From the NCBI GenBank assembly GCA_016930635.1, contig JAFGGI010000019.1, forward strand, positions 9,929-73,928: a stretch of DNA of 64,000 bases. Reading direction: 5' to 3'. The position numbers and the translations under genes were made by a program. The notes beneath the pieces were generated by a model, which saw only the letters and a program-made list of their open reading frames with translations, made no database searches and was not told the DNA's origin. The DNA comes from Sedimentisphaerales bacterium. GTDB lineage: Bacteria > Planctomycetota > Phycisphaerae > Sedimentisphaerales > UBA12454. How positions within the stretch are numbered: position 1 is the first letter of the stretch; every line of letters begins with the position of its first letter. Of this stretch, positions 55,901-64,000 are shown in pieces.

Positions 55901-58297
55901 CTAATCCGGGTTTTTCTGCTCTGCTGTGGTCTCTTCGGGCACATTCTGCTCAATTTGTTCGCTGCTATCGCTCTCATCAATTCCAACATCCCCCATAAGT
56001 ATGGCAGCTAATTCCCTTACAATAGGCTCTGAGTCATTTTTAGCTGTCCAGCCCAAAACTGATGAAAATTTCTCGTCCTGGTTCCCGGCAAGCGTGAAAA
56101 CAGCCATCAGTCTTACAGGCCAGTTGGGATTATTCAATTCTTCAGAAACCGCCTCTGTAAGCCGATAATCCAGTTTCAGCTTCAACATCGTTGCCATTGT
56201 CTGTACTTTTAAAACCCAATCATCCTCGGCCAGACATCGGGCAAGTGCCGAACTTAAAAGCTCCGGCTCAGCATACATAAACCTATAGGCCGGTCCTGTC
56301 TGCCTGAATTTCTGTTGTTCGGCAAGCAAACCCGCAAAAAGCTGAGCAGATTTCGCCTTTTGGCCCTGATGCCCCTTCTTGATAGCATCAAGCCTCTGCT
56401 GCAAATAGCGAGTATTGAGCTTGAGTTTACGGCGTTGCAGAATCACCTCTACAGGTTTCAGGATAGGTGTATCTTTTACCTGACCATCGGCTGATATCTG
56501 CGGATCAAGATAAGCTGTATATTTGAGATTCAACTGGGCCTGAGGATGATAATCCAGAATACGTTTCACCCTGCCGGTATCCAGCCTAAGCGGAATAAAC
56601 AAGGCATTGCCCGGCCGGATCTCATATGACGGCCGGACAGTTTTTACAATTAAAGCCGGTATCTGCTCGTTTAAATCACCGCTTATCTGCACATCAATCC
56701 GTATATTACCTTTTATCATCGCATCCGGACATACAACTATCGGTTCTGAGTAATGATTTATTATCGCAAGATTACCTGTGATTTGACTGCCGTAGGAAAA
56801 TGTAGAACCTTTGATATTAAATTCCATAGATACCATCTTGTCAGGTTCAACAAACGGGCCGAAAAAGGATTGTCCAAAATCCTTCTGCAGCATCATTTTA
56901 AACTCTGTCATATCCGGCGGCGACTCATAGTCAGGATCTATCTCTTTAAGTTTTTCATCTGCCTGTTTTGCCTCAAAACTCCCCGGTGAAGCCATAAATA
57001 CCTTTTTCAATAATTCTTTGGCCGATTCTGTTTCTCCCTTTTTCGCAAGAAGTATTCCTTTGGCAAGATCAGATATCTGAGTTGCAGTCTCGATTTTTTC
57101 AAGTAACGGCTCAGCAATCTCATTTTGGTTGTTTTTCACAAGCGCATAAGCAAAAAGTGAAGCAGCACCGGGCGAATTTGGTTCCGCATCATATACCTTC
57201 GTCGCCCAGGTCAAATCCTCCTGTGAATTAACATCTGCAATAAAATTAAAGTACCAGGTATAATCCTCCATTTCTGAAAATGATGCTTTTCGCTGACCGG
57301 TAAGAATTTTTTCCGCGCAAGATTCTACCCTGTCAACTATAGTTTTATGGCTTTGCCGGTCATTATTCTGTAACGCCGCTGCCGAGGCAATTGCTTCAAT
57401 ACGCACATCAAATATATCCATACTCCGAAGCTGGGCGGCCATTTGCTGGCACTTACCATATTGCCCGGCATTATAACAACTAAGTACCCATGGCCTGTAA
57501 AGGTCAGGCCCGAGAGTCTGCTGCCCTTTTAGATATTTAACCAGGTCAGCACAGTATCTATATGCCTCGACGGCAGGTTCATAAAGACCCACTAATTCAC
57601 AATGCTGCGCAAAAGAATATACCGAGTCAAAATCGAGCGGATCAGCTCTTACTGCAAAACGTAAATTCTCAAGATAAGCCATATCGGGCAGTTGTTTATC
57701 GTTCATTTCCGCAAGCTCAACAAGCTTGGCAAAAACAAGGCGATTATACTTGTTCGAAGTAAATGCCTGTATCAGATACCCCTGAGCCTCTGCAGAGTCA
57801 GCAGTTTCGGCTTTTAAAAATCCAATCTGGGCAGAAAGGTCTGAGGCAAACATTTCATTCTTATGCTGAAGCTTATGATATAACTTTAAAAGCAGTTCCT
57901 CACGTTCTTCTCTGGTATCAAGTCTCTCGAGCAGATATCCAACAGCCTTTGATGTTATCTCAAGATCGCTCGAACGGTCAACATACTCTGTAAGCGCTAA
58001 TTCAACGGCATCTGACATATTTTCATCCGGATTCTGCCATACGATATTAATAATATCCGGCAAAACATAATCTGCTTTGCTGTCAAGCCTGACGGCGCTG
58101 TTGAAAAATATAATCACCTGCTTAGTCGCAGCAAAGTCAATCTGCTGATCGGCGTAAAGTTCATAACCGATATCATAAAAAGTTCTGGCGGTCAGAGAGG
58201 ATGACAACTCCTCCTGCTCTGCAATGACAGAGCCACTGCACAGATAGAAAATAATCGAAAAGACCAATATCAGAACTTTTGTTTTTTTGCCGAACAT
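55901..58297 (-). CDS. secreted/periplasmic TPR- and HEAT-like repeat protein
   Basis: Signal peptide and helical-repeat composition. C-terminal HEAT-like WPVRLMAVFTL...EPIVRELAA. Confidence 0.55.
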   Translation of the reverse strand: MFGKKTKVLILVFSIIFYLCSGSVIAEQEELSSSLTARTFYDIGYELYADQQIDFAATKQVIIFFNSAVRLDSKADYVLPDIINIVWQNPDENMSDAVELALTEYVDRSSDLEITSKAVGYLLERLDTREEREELLLKLYHKLQHKNEMFASDLSAQIGFLKAETADSAEAQGYLIQAFTSNKYNRLVFAKLVELAEMNDKQLPDMAYLENLRFAVRADPLDFDSVYSFAQHCELVGLYEPAVEAYRYCADLVKYLKGQQTLGPDLYRPWVLSCYNAGQYGKCQQMAAQLRSMDIFDVRIEAIASAAALQNNDRQSHKTIVDRVESCAEKILTGQRKASFSEMEDYTWYFNFIADVNSQEDLTWATKVYDAEPNSPGAASLFAYALVKNNQNEIAEPLLEKIETATQISDLAKGILLAKKGETESAKELLKKVFMASPGSFEAKQADEKLKEIDPDYESPPDMTEFKMMLQKDFGQSFFGPFVEPDKMVSMEFNIKGSTFSYGSQITGNLAIINHYSEPIVVCPDAMIKGNIRIDVQISGDLNEQIPALIVKTVRPSYEIRPGNALFIPLRLDTGRVKRILDYHPQAQLNLKYTAYLDPQISADGQVKDTPILKPVEVILQRRKLKLNTRYLQQRLDAIKKGHQGQKAKSAQLFAGLLAEQQKFRQTGPAYRFMYAEPELLSSALARCLAEDDWVLKVQTMATMLKLKLDYRLTEAVSEELNNPNWPVRLMAVFTLAGNQDEKFSSVLGWTAKNDSEPIVRELAAILMGDVGIDESDSSEQIEQNVPEETTAEQKNPD

Positions 58298-58421
58298 TCT
58301 TAAATTTATATAAAGCTTTCCTTAACTTTTATATCGACCATAACTGTTTATAAATGCAGTATTTATACAACAAGGCCGGCATTACTGAGCCTTTGATTGT
58401 TTCCTGGTACTTTAACCTGTT

Positions 58422-59999
58422 TCATTTAAGCAACTTACGTCCGGTTACCAGTGAAAGCATCTCAGCCTTCAACAGTACTGCCCCTATTGTATATAATATC
58501 ACTGCTGTAACAACTGCCGCTGCTAACTGTACGATTCGCGGCAAAGAATGTGCTGAATTCATTACAAAAAGCGAAACAGCAAACATTACCAGGGTAATAA
58601 TCAAAGTCTTTATAAATTCAACAACCACGCCGTCAAATATTTTTCTACCGAGTTTACCTGCCAGACTTTTCAACAGTATCACAACCTGCAGATAGGAACA
58701 AAACGCCGTTGACAGTGCCAGGCCGGCAGCACCCAGAGGCCAAATAAGAATAAGATTTAAAACAACATTGATCACTACCGCAATAAATGCGCTTTGAGCA
58801 GGCTTTTTTGATTCGTGCAGTGAGTAAAATGCTCTCGTACATATCTGCTGCATAAAAAAACCCGCCAGGCCGATGGAATAAAATGTTAATATAAAGGCTG
58901 TAGAGGTTGTATCTGCTGAACTGAATTTACCTCTCTCAAAAATTAAACTTACCAGGGGTTGACGTACCAGAATCAGACCGGCCGTTGCCGGCAGAGCTAC
59001 AAACATTGCGCCCTTAATCCCTTTGGCTATAGTATTACAAAGAGCATCTATGTTATTTTTTGCAGCATCCGAACTCATCACCGGAAAAATAGCTGTCGCA
59101 AGACTTATTCCAAGTACTCCAAGAGGAAACTGATACAGCCTTTGTGAATAAAAAAGCTGTGAGACCGCACCTTCCCACATCGGATACTGTATTTCCCTGC
59201 CAAACCATCCGAATGCCGCCCCTTTCTGGGCTGAACCAGAAAACCACGCCGCTATCGAAACATCCGCTAATGTATTTATCTGTGTCACTGTCAGTCCGAA
59301 GATCATCGGGGCCATCAATAATATCATCTTTTGGAATTCTTCCGTTTTTACCTGCCAGGAAGGTCTTATCAAAACCCCATGCATTCTCAACGGTATGAAT
59401 TGTACAGCCAGTTGCACAATTCCTGCCACTAAAACTATACAAGCTACAAAATATAACTGGCTTTGTGGTTTCATCGATAAAACCCAGCCGCTGAAAAACA
59501 GCGAACCTATTATAAATATGTTTAAAATTAAGGGGGCAACAGCAGGCATTGCAAAGTGTTTATGGGCATTGAGCAGTCCTGCTGTTATTGCCACAAGACA
59601 TATCAATATCATATAAGGCAGCATCAGGCCGCTAAGCGATAACTTCATCGCTGTAGCCGGCAGCGGCGAGAAAAAAGAGTACCATCCCCAGATAACAGCC
59701 TCCCCTACCAGTACAATACAGGCCAGGATAACAAACACTACTGTAAAAGTTGTCGACGCCAGTACATCTGCTGACTTTCGGTCAATCTCAAGCTGTCGAC
59801 TGTATATGGGTATTAATGAACTCGATGCCGCCCCCTCGCCAAATAATCTTCTTGCCAGATTAGGTATCATAAAAGCGATAACCCATCCATCCATCAGCCC
59901 GGTGGCACCGAAGAAAAACGCAAAAGCCATATCCCGGCACATACCAAGTACCCGGCTTACAATCGTAAGAACAACAAGTTGTCTAAATCCCTTGAACAT
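58422..59999 (-). CDS. murJ: lipid II flippase MurJ
   Basis: N-terminal VSRVLGMCRDMAFAFFFGATGLMDGWVIAFMIPNLARRLFGEGA. 14-TM MOP family pattern. Confidence 0.9.
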   Translation of the reverse strand: MFKGFRQLVVLTIVSRVLGMCRDMAFAFFFGATGLMDGWVIAFMIPNLARRLFGEGAASSSLIPIYSRQLEIDRKSADVLASTTFTVVFVILACIVLVGEAVIWGWYSFFSPLPATAMKLSLSGLMLPYMILICLVAITAGLLNAHKHFAMPAVAPLILNIFIIGSLFFSGWVLSMKPQSQLYFVACIVLVAGIVQLAVQFIPLRMHGVLIRPSWQVKTEEFQKMILLMAPMIFGLTVTQINTLADVSIAAWFSGSAQKGAAFGWFGREIQYPMWEGAVSQLFYSQRLYQFPLGVLGISLATAIFPVMSSDAAKNNIDALCNTIAKGIKGAMFVALPATAGLILVRQPLVSLIFERGKFSSADTTSTAFILTFYSIGLAGFFMQQICTRAFYSLHESKKPAQSAFIAVVINVVLNLILIWPLGAAGLALSTAFCSYLQVVILLKSLAGKLGRKIFDGVVVEFIKTLIITLVMFAVSLFVMNSAHSLPRIVQLAAAVVTAVILYTIGAVLLKAEMLSLVTGRKLLK

Positions 60000-60042
60000 T
60001 TGTTAATTTTATATACTTAACAGGAGTATTTTGCAATGACTA

Positions 60043-60798
60043 TCAACCATTAAACTTCTTCTGTCCCGCAACCGCTAAAACAAACGCAAAAACCTTTTGG
60101 GCCCCTGCCTCTTTTAGAGCTCTGGCACATTCATTTAATGTCGCTCCGGTTGTCTTAATATCATCAAAAAGACAGATAGTCTTATCCTTAAAATCGTGAT
60201 TTTTGCGGACGGCAAAGGCTCCTTTGACATTTTTTCTTCTCGCATACGGACTCAGACCAGCCTGTTCGCCGGTATAGCGGGTTCGAACAAGGTCTGTATT
60301 GAACGCGGCACTGCCAAAATCCAGCCTTTTAGCAATAAGTGCAGATTGATTGAATCCCCTTTTAAATCTTCTCCGCCAGTGCATCGGCACCGGCACAACA
60401 TAATCTATATTATCATTAAAATTCGCTCGCTCGATTGCATCCTGTCCGATACTTACCAGAGGTCTGAGCAGTTCAGTTCGGTCGGACAGTTTGAATTTAA
60501 TAATAAGATTTCTCAGTGCCCCCCGATATATACCAAGACAACTTATCGAATCAAAGTGAAACTCTTCCTGGTTGCATTGAGCACAGCCATTGGGCAGTCG
60601 GCCAAAAACACTCATCTCCCTGCCGCAGCGCAGACAGTGTGAATCAACAATACAAAAACTTAATTCCTGCCAGCAATCGGCGCAAAAATGCTTGTCCTCT
60701 TCACAAATATTAGTACCGCACAGCCGGCAGTAATCCTGCCAGGCAACCTGTCGCAAATTCCTGATTAAATTTCCAGTTGAGGTCAAAATCCTTTTCAC
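60043..60798 (-). CDS. comF: ComF-family phosphoribosyltransferase protein
   Basis: N-terminal Cys4 zinc-finger pairs. C-terminal PRTase motif ICLFDDIKTTGATL. Confidence 0.85.
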   Translation of the reverse strand: MKRILTSTGNLIRNLRQVAWQDYCRLCGTNICEEDKHFCADCWQELSFCIVDSHCLRCGREMSVFGRLPNGCAQCNQEEFHFDSISCLGIYRGALRNLIIKFKLSDRTELLRPLVSIGQDAIERANFNDNIDYVVPVPMHWRRRFKRGFNQSALIAKRLDFGSAAFNTDLVRTRYTGEQAGLSPYARRKNVKGAFAVRKNHDFKDKTICLFDDIKTTGATLNECARALKEAGAQKVFAFVLAVAGQKKFNG

Positions 60799-60813
60799 AA
60801 AGATAATTATAAG

Positions 60814-60893
60814 CCCCGTCAGAAAAAAAGCAAAGACACAATTTCCTTACTATAGAACGCCTGTGACAATAAGATTACAGTTTTCTAACGGGG
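60814..60893. repeat. inverted repeat related to the 33317-33384 element
   Basis: CCCCGTCAGAAAA (60814-60826) versus TTTTCTAACGGGG (60881-60893), 12 of 13 complementary. The left end GCCCCGTyAGArAmAAGCA is shared with 33317. Confidence 0.6.
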
Positions 60894-60923
60894 TAAAAAA
60901 CAATGAGGAAAAATAAAGAATAT

Positions 60924-61700
60924 TCAGAATGGTATCTCTTTGCTGAATCTGCCTATCTTCATATCCGGCATTCTGACGTCATAGCTGTTCTTTTCCGCAC
61001 CTGCTTTATTTACATGGCCATCACCATACAAAATATTCGCTTTCTCCCTGTGTCTGAAATGCACATATTGGCCTCCTGTTTTTTCAACATAGTGCCATTC
61101 TTCAATCATTGGGCTGGTCGGACTGGCAGGAGACTGGAAAGTATTTACCTGCGCACTGTCTGTAAAAATAACTACATTACTCACGCCGCCATTATAACTG
61201 TCAAAGTCCACGACTTTTTTATGGCTCGAGTTAACTAAATCAACGAATAACTTGCTGTTAGCTCCATATGTCATCCATTTACTGCTGTATTTTGGTTTAT
61301 ATCTGCCGTCGCCATAAGGAAATGCCGGACATATCTCAACTGAATCGTACTGTTCTATATATGGGTACAGCCTGGCACGTTCCCTAAACAACTGACGCTT
61401 ACCTTCCGGAAGAGAAAAACTGCTGCCCGGCTCAAAACCAAAATACCATAATACTCCCAGCTGCCCGGCATCATCAAAAGCGTATTCGGCCAGAGGGAAA
61501 ACTTTTCGGTCATGGTCTTCAAGATACATCATGAATGCCAGACCAAACTGACCCAGATTTGAAGAGCACATCACCATCTTAGCTTGTTGTCGTGCACTGG
61601 CCATTACCGGGACAAAAATCGAAACCAGAAGTGCCATTATAGAAATCACAACTAAAATCTCTACCAGCGTAAAACCTTTATTTGTATTGTCCTTCAGCAT
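60924..61700 (-). CDS. prepilin-type N-terminal cleavage/methylation protein with H-X9-DG (DUF1559) domain
   Basis: KGFTLVEILVVISIMALL prepilin motif. C-terminal HREKANILYGDGH (H-X9-DG). Start set at internal ATG 61700, 1 nt after the upstream stop. Confidence 0.85.
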   Translation of the reverse strand: MLKDNTNKGFTLVEILVVISIMALLVSIFVPVMASARQQAKMVMCSSNLGQFGLAFMMYLEDHDRKVFPLAEYAFDDAGQLGVLWYFGFEPGSSFSLPEGKRQLFRERARLYPYIEQYDSVEICPAFPYGDGRYKPKYSSKWMTYGANSKLFVDLVNSSHKKVVDFDSYNGGVSNVVIFTDSAQVNTFQSPASPTSPMIEEWHYVEKTGGQYVHFRHREKANILYGDGHVNKAGAEKNSYDVRMPDMKIGRFSKEIPF

Positions 61701-61701
61701 A

Positions 61702-62865
61702 CTAATACCATCTCGCTGTTTGGCCCCATTGTTTTGCAAGTACTGCAAAATCTTTTAAATCGACAATTCCATCCCTGTTGATATCACCTCTGATATACTC
61801 ACCCTGCAGTAAATAATCTTCAGTCATCAGCATAATATCATAGTAATCGACGATGCCGTCTCCATCCAGATCCGCAGACCAATTGCTCATAGATTCAACC
61901 GCAAATGTCTGCAGCTCATAATCTCCATAGCCTGGAGGTATCATGCCCGAGTCAAATTCGCTTTTTCCATAATACATAACACCGTTGATAATATCAGCAG
62001 CAATCCCGCAAAAACGCCATTGAGGTTTTGGGAAACCATACGGATTGGCGTATATGTCGCCGTCTATTTCGATAACATTAAAATCGTTCGGTTCATTTGT
62101 CGGTATAATCTTAGCAACCCCGACATAACTGCCTATATAAATGTTATAATCACTGTCGATAACTATTGAATCCGACCCGGCCAGAACCACATCATTCACT
62201 ATAATCTCCGGAACAACTGTAAAATTACTATCCTGCACAAATGTATCTATTTGTCCTCTGCTTATTCTGTGGATATTCACATTGCCCAGACCGCTGCCGT
62301 CGTACATCGGCTTAAAATCAGCCAGGTAAAGATTATCAGCAGCGTCAAAACCTATCGCTCCGGAATTCCTATTGGAAACTTGTACCAATTCTGTTTCATT
62401 GCCATCCCCGGCCATCTTCAGCATATACACCGTATTGTTACTCGCAGCATCTACACCGTTGGCAAAAATCTGGTCGGCCCTGAAACGTGAAGCGATCGAA
62501 TAATAGTTTCTGGTAAGATTTATTTTTTCCTCGGCCGTTTGTCCAACAATATCGGCATATATAACCTTACTGGACAAACCTGTCGGCAATATCGCATCAT
62601 TAAAATCGGTGACAAACGCAAAATCAGCAGGGTCCCACGTAAAACCGGCTCCAGCTCCGGCAAAGATAACTATAAAAGCATCCAGCCCCGGCTCATATCT
62701 ATATAAATTCAGTCCGTTGAAAGCATAAAGACTTTCATCGCCGTAACAAAAATCAATCCTTGTAAACCCGCTGCCGCTTACATTATCAGCAGCAGGTGGA
62801 ATTTGCGCCGCCATCGAAGAACTGGTTACTATTAAAAGAACAATTATGAAAATTTTATTTATCAA
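61702..62865 (-). CDS. secreted propeller-like protein with tandem dockerin-like repeats
   Basis: Signal peptide. Recurrent DxxxN(L/I)Y(L/I) strands (DAADNLYLADF, DSDYNIYIGSY). C-terminal DLDGDGIVDYYD...DINRDGIVDLKDFAVLAKQW. Confidence 0.6.
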   Translation of the reverse strand: MINKIFIIVLLIVTSSSMAAQIPPAADNVSGSGFTRIDFCYGDESLYAFNGLNLYRYEPGLDAFIVIFAGAGAGFTWDPADFAFVTDFNDAILPTGLSSKVIYADIVGQTAEEKINLTRNYYSIASRFRADQIFANGVDAASNNTVYMLKMAGDGNETELVQVSNRNSGAIGFDAADNLYLADFKPMYDGSGLGNVNIHRISRGQIDTFVQDSNFTVVPEIIVNDVVLAGSDSIVIDSDYNIYIGSYVGVAKIIPTNEPNDFNVIEIDGDIYANPYGFPKPQWRFCGIAADIINGVMYYGKSEFDSGMIPPGYGDYELQTFAVESMSNWSADLDGDGIVDYYDIMLMTEDYLLQGEYIRGDINRDGIVDLKDFAVLAKQWGQTARWY

Positions 62866-63635
62866 ATTTCCGCTTTCCTTCTTCTTAAAAATACAGCTCC
62901 CGCAAGCATAGCAAATATCGTCGCCGGCTCCGGTACAACATCTGCAAAACCTGCTACATCTGCGATACCACTGTCGTCGGCAATATCAGTGACACGAACA
63001 TACATTATCCAGTCTAAAGGTTCACTCAGCCCTATTGCATTTGATATATCAACCTGTGCTCCGCCGCAGCCGCCGAGAAAATCCGCTTCCACCTCCCCCG
63101 GTAGTCTATTCATATATGGTACATCTGCAGGTGTAGCGTGAAAAAAATTTCCCGCCGATGCCGTGTAGGGATAAAGGGCATCCGCATAAGTATCCGCTAT
63201 TTCATAAAATAAAACTCCATCCTGGCTGACTTCTATTTTGGCAGGTTCAAAAAATGCTCCGGCAATTCTGCCTTCATTTTCATAATCACATGCAAAAAAA
63301 CTGTTTCCAAATACAAGCAGGTCGGTGCCATACTCAACATCTAATGGATTATTCATAACCTGATGGTCAAACGCAATTGTTATCGACCCGCCATTGCCCA
63401 GGCTGACTACATCAGTTTCTTTATAAGGAGCCGACGTTATTGATATCGGCCAGGTGTATCCTTCATAGCTGTCCTCGGCGGGCGGTGCACCGAGAACAAC
63501 TGAAGGATCATTATAATTTGGCTCAGCCCCGAAGCCCTGGCTGAAGTTCACAACTGAATCGGCATAAGGTGTGGCTTTTGATATCATACAACACATAAAC
63601 ATAACCATCAAAAAAACAACTGCCTGACATCTCAT
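62862..63635 (-). CDS. PEP-CTERM-anchored secreted protein
   Basis: Signal peptide. C-terminal VPEPATIFAMLAGAVFLRRRK (PEP-CTERM sorting signal). AGGAGG SD. Confidence 0.8.
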   Translation of the reverse strand: MRCQAVVFLMVMFMCCMISKATPYADSVVNFSQGFGAEPNYNDPSVVLGAPPAEDSYEGYTWPISITSAPYKETDVVSLGNGGSITIAFDHQVMNNPLDVEYGTDLLVFGNSFFACDYENEGRIAGAFFEPAKIEVSQDGVLFYEIADTYADALYPYTASAGNFFHATPADVPYMNRLPGEVEADFLGGCGGAQVDISNAIGLSEPLDWIMYVRVTDIADDSGIADVAGFADVVPEPATIFAMLAGAVFLRRRKAEI

Positions 63636-63685
63636 CTTTTCATTCCTCCTAAAGCTGAACCAGGTAAATATAATTAAAAAACAAT

Positions 63686-63720
63686 AAAAAAAACCGCCGT
63701 TCCCGCAAAAGGAACGACGG
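63686..63720 (-). terminator. intrinsic terminator (riboswitch expression platform)
   Basis: On the minus-strand RNA, CCGUCGUUCC/GGAACGGCGG stem (one G-U) followed by U8. On the plus strand the same position would be a C-A mismatch. Confidence 0.75.
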
Positions 63721-63761
63721 CTTTAATCTTCCACAAATAACACCCATACAAGGTATATTCG

Positions 63762-63961
63762 CTGGTGTTCCTTACGCGAGAACTCTCAACAAACTACTGA
63801 TTACAGACAGGTTTTCTGACTTGCGTCTCGACGAAAGAACCCTTCCCATTCAAAAAGAACAGTGGGACAATTTCTCTCGGCCTTTTCGATACAACTCGAA
63901 ACAACGCTTACAGCGGCGCGACCGCCACGGATTTTCACCGTGTTCCCTTTTCTGCAACCAG
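63762..63961 (-). ncRNA. cobalamin (B12) riboswitch
   Basis: The minus strand reads AAGGGAACACGGTGAAAATCCGTGGCGGTCGCGCCGCTGTAAGC ... GTCCCACTG...ATGGGAAGGG ... GCAAGTCAGAAAACCTGTC (B12-box-like). Possible P1 CTGGT/ACCAG. Confidence 0.85.
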
Positions 63962-63991
63962 ATATAATTTTTTCAAAGAACAATTTGTAAA
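63962..63991 (-). promoter_or_regulatory. sigma-70-type promoter for the riboswitch transcript
   Basis: The minus strand reads TTTACA-18 nt-TTATAT immediately upstream of the riboswitch 5' end. Confidence 0.45.
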
Positions 63992-64000
63992 ATAACAACT

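Noticed and set aside
63801-63998. 65-aa minus-strand ORF at the right edge
   Set aside because: It lies entirely within the cobalamin riboswitch and promoter region, and its sequence conservation pattern is that of the RNA element.
1-64000. CRISPR arrays, rRNA genes, prophage structural genes
   Set aside because: No regularly spaced short direct repeats with unique spacers, no rRNA-like sequence and no phage structural gene signatures were seen anywhere in the window.

Overview
This is a 64-kb, moderately AT-rich bacterial chromosomal window. It probably comes from a Planctomycetota (Phycisphaerae-like) organism. That is an inference from a prepilin-type H-X9-DG (DUF1559) protein, a PEP-CTERM tail, ELWxxDGT and Pmp-type (GGAI/FxxN) repeat proteins, and dockerin-like C-terminal tails. 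All calls come from reading the sequence and the ORF track; no searches were run. Layout: (1) 1-5140 holds a GGDEF cyclase, a GT2 glycosyltransferase and an overlapping Ser/Thr kinase + PPP-like phosphatase pair. (2) tRNA-Asn (5352-5424) is followed by a ~10.8-kb segment bounded by ~221-nt imperfect direct repeats. This segment carries a large serine recombinase and a sigma-54/NtrC-controlled operon encoding a histidine kinase, a REC-TPR regulator and TrkA/TrkH K+ uptake genes, plus an AAA/DUF4143 ATPase. (3) Directly after the second repeat sits a C-protein-controlled type II R-M cassette with a textbook C-box. (4) 19.2-27.6 kb is a cluster of large secreted proteins with dockerin-like tails (ELWxxDGT, Pmp-like beta-helix, S8 protease) and an orphan sensor kinase. 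(5) 27.6-41.3 kb is a housekeeping block (scpB, nif3, pabC, pabB, prfA, rpmE, dapB, CPBP protease, murA, M16 peptidase pair) interrupted by a small accessory islet at 36.5-38.8 kb. (6) 42.1-54.8 kb is a complete Tad/Flp pilus locus with three flp genes, a PilZ-like gene and a xerC/D-like N-terminal fragment in frame with the secretin. (7) 54.9-60.8 kb holds tRNA-Glu, an unannotated ferredoxin, a TPR/HEAT protein, murJ and comF. (8) At the right edge, a minus-strand cobalamin riboswitch with its own promoter and terminator precedes a tight three-gene operon. The three products are a PEP-CTERM protein, a propeller-like dockerin-tailed protein and an H-X9-DG pseudopilin, all of unknown function. 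I regard this operon as the best candidate for an undescribed system, possibly surface corrinoid capture.
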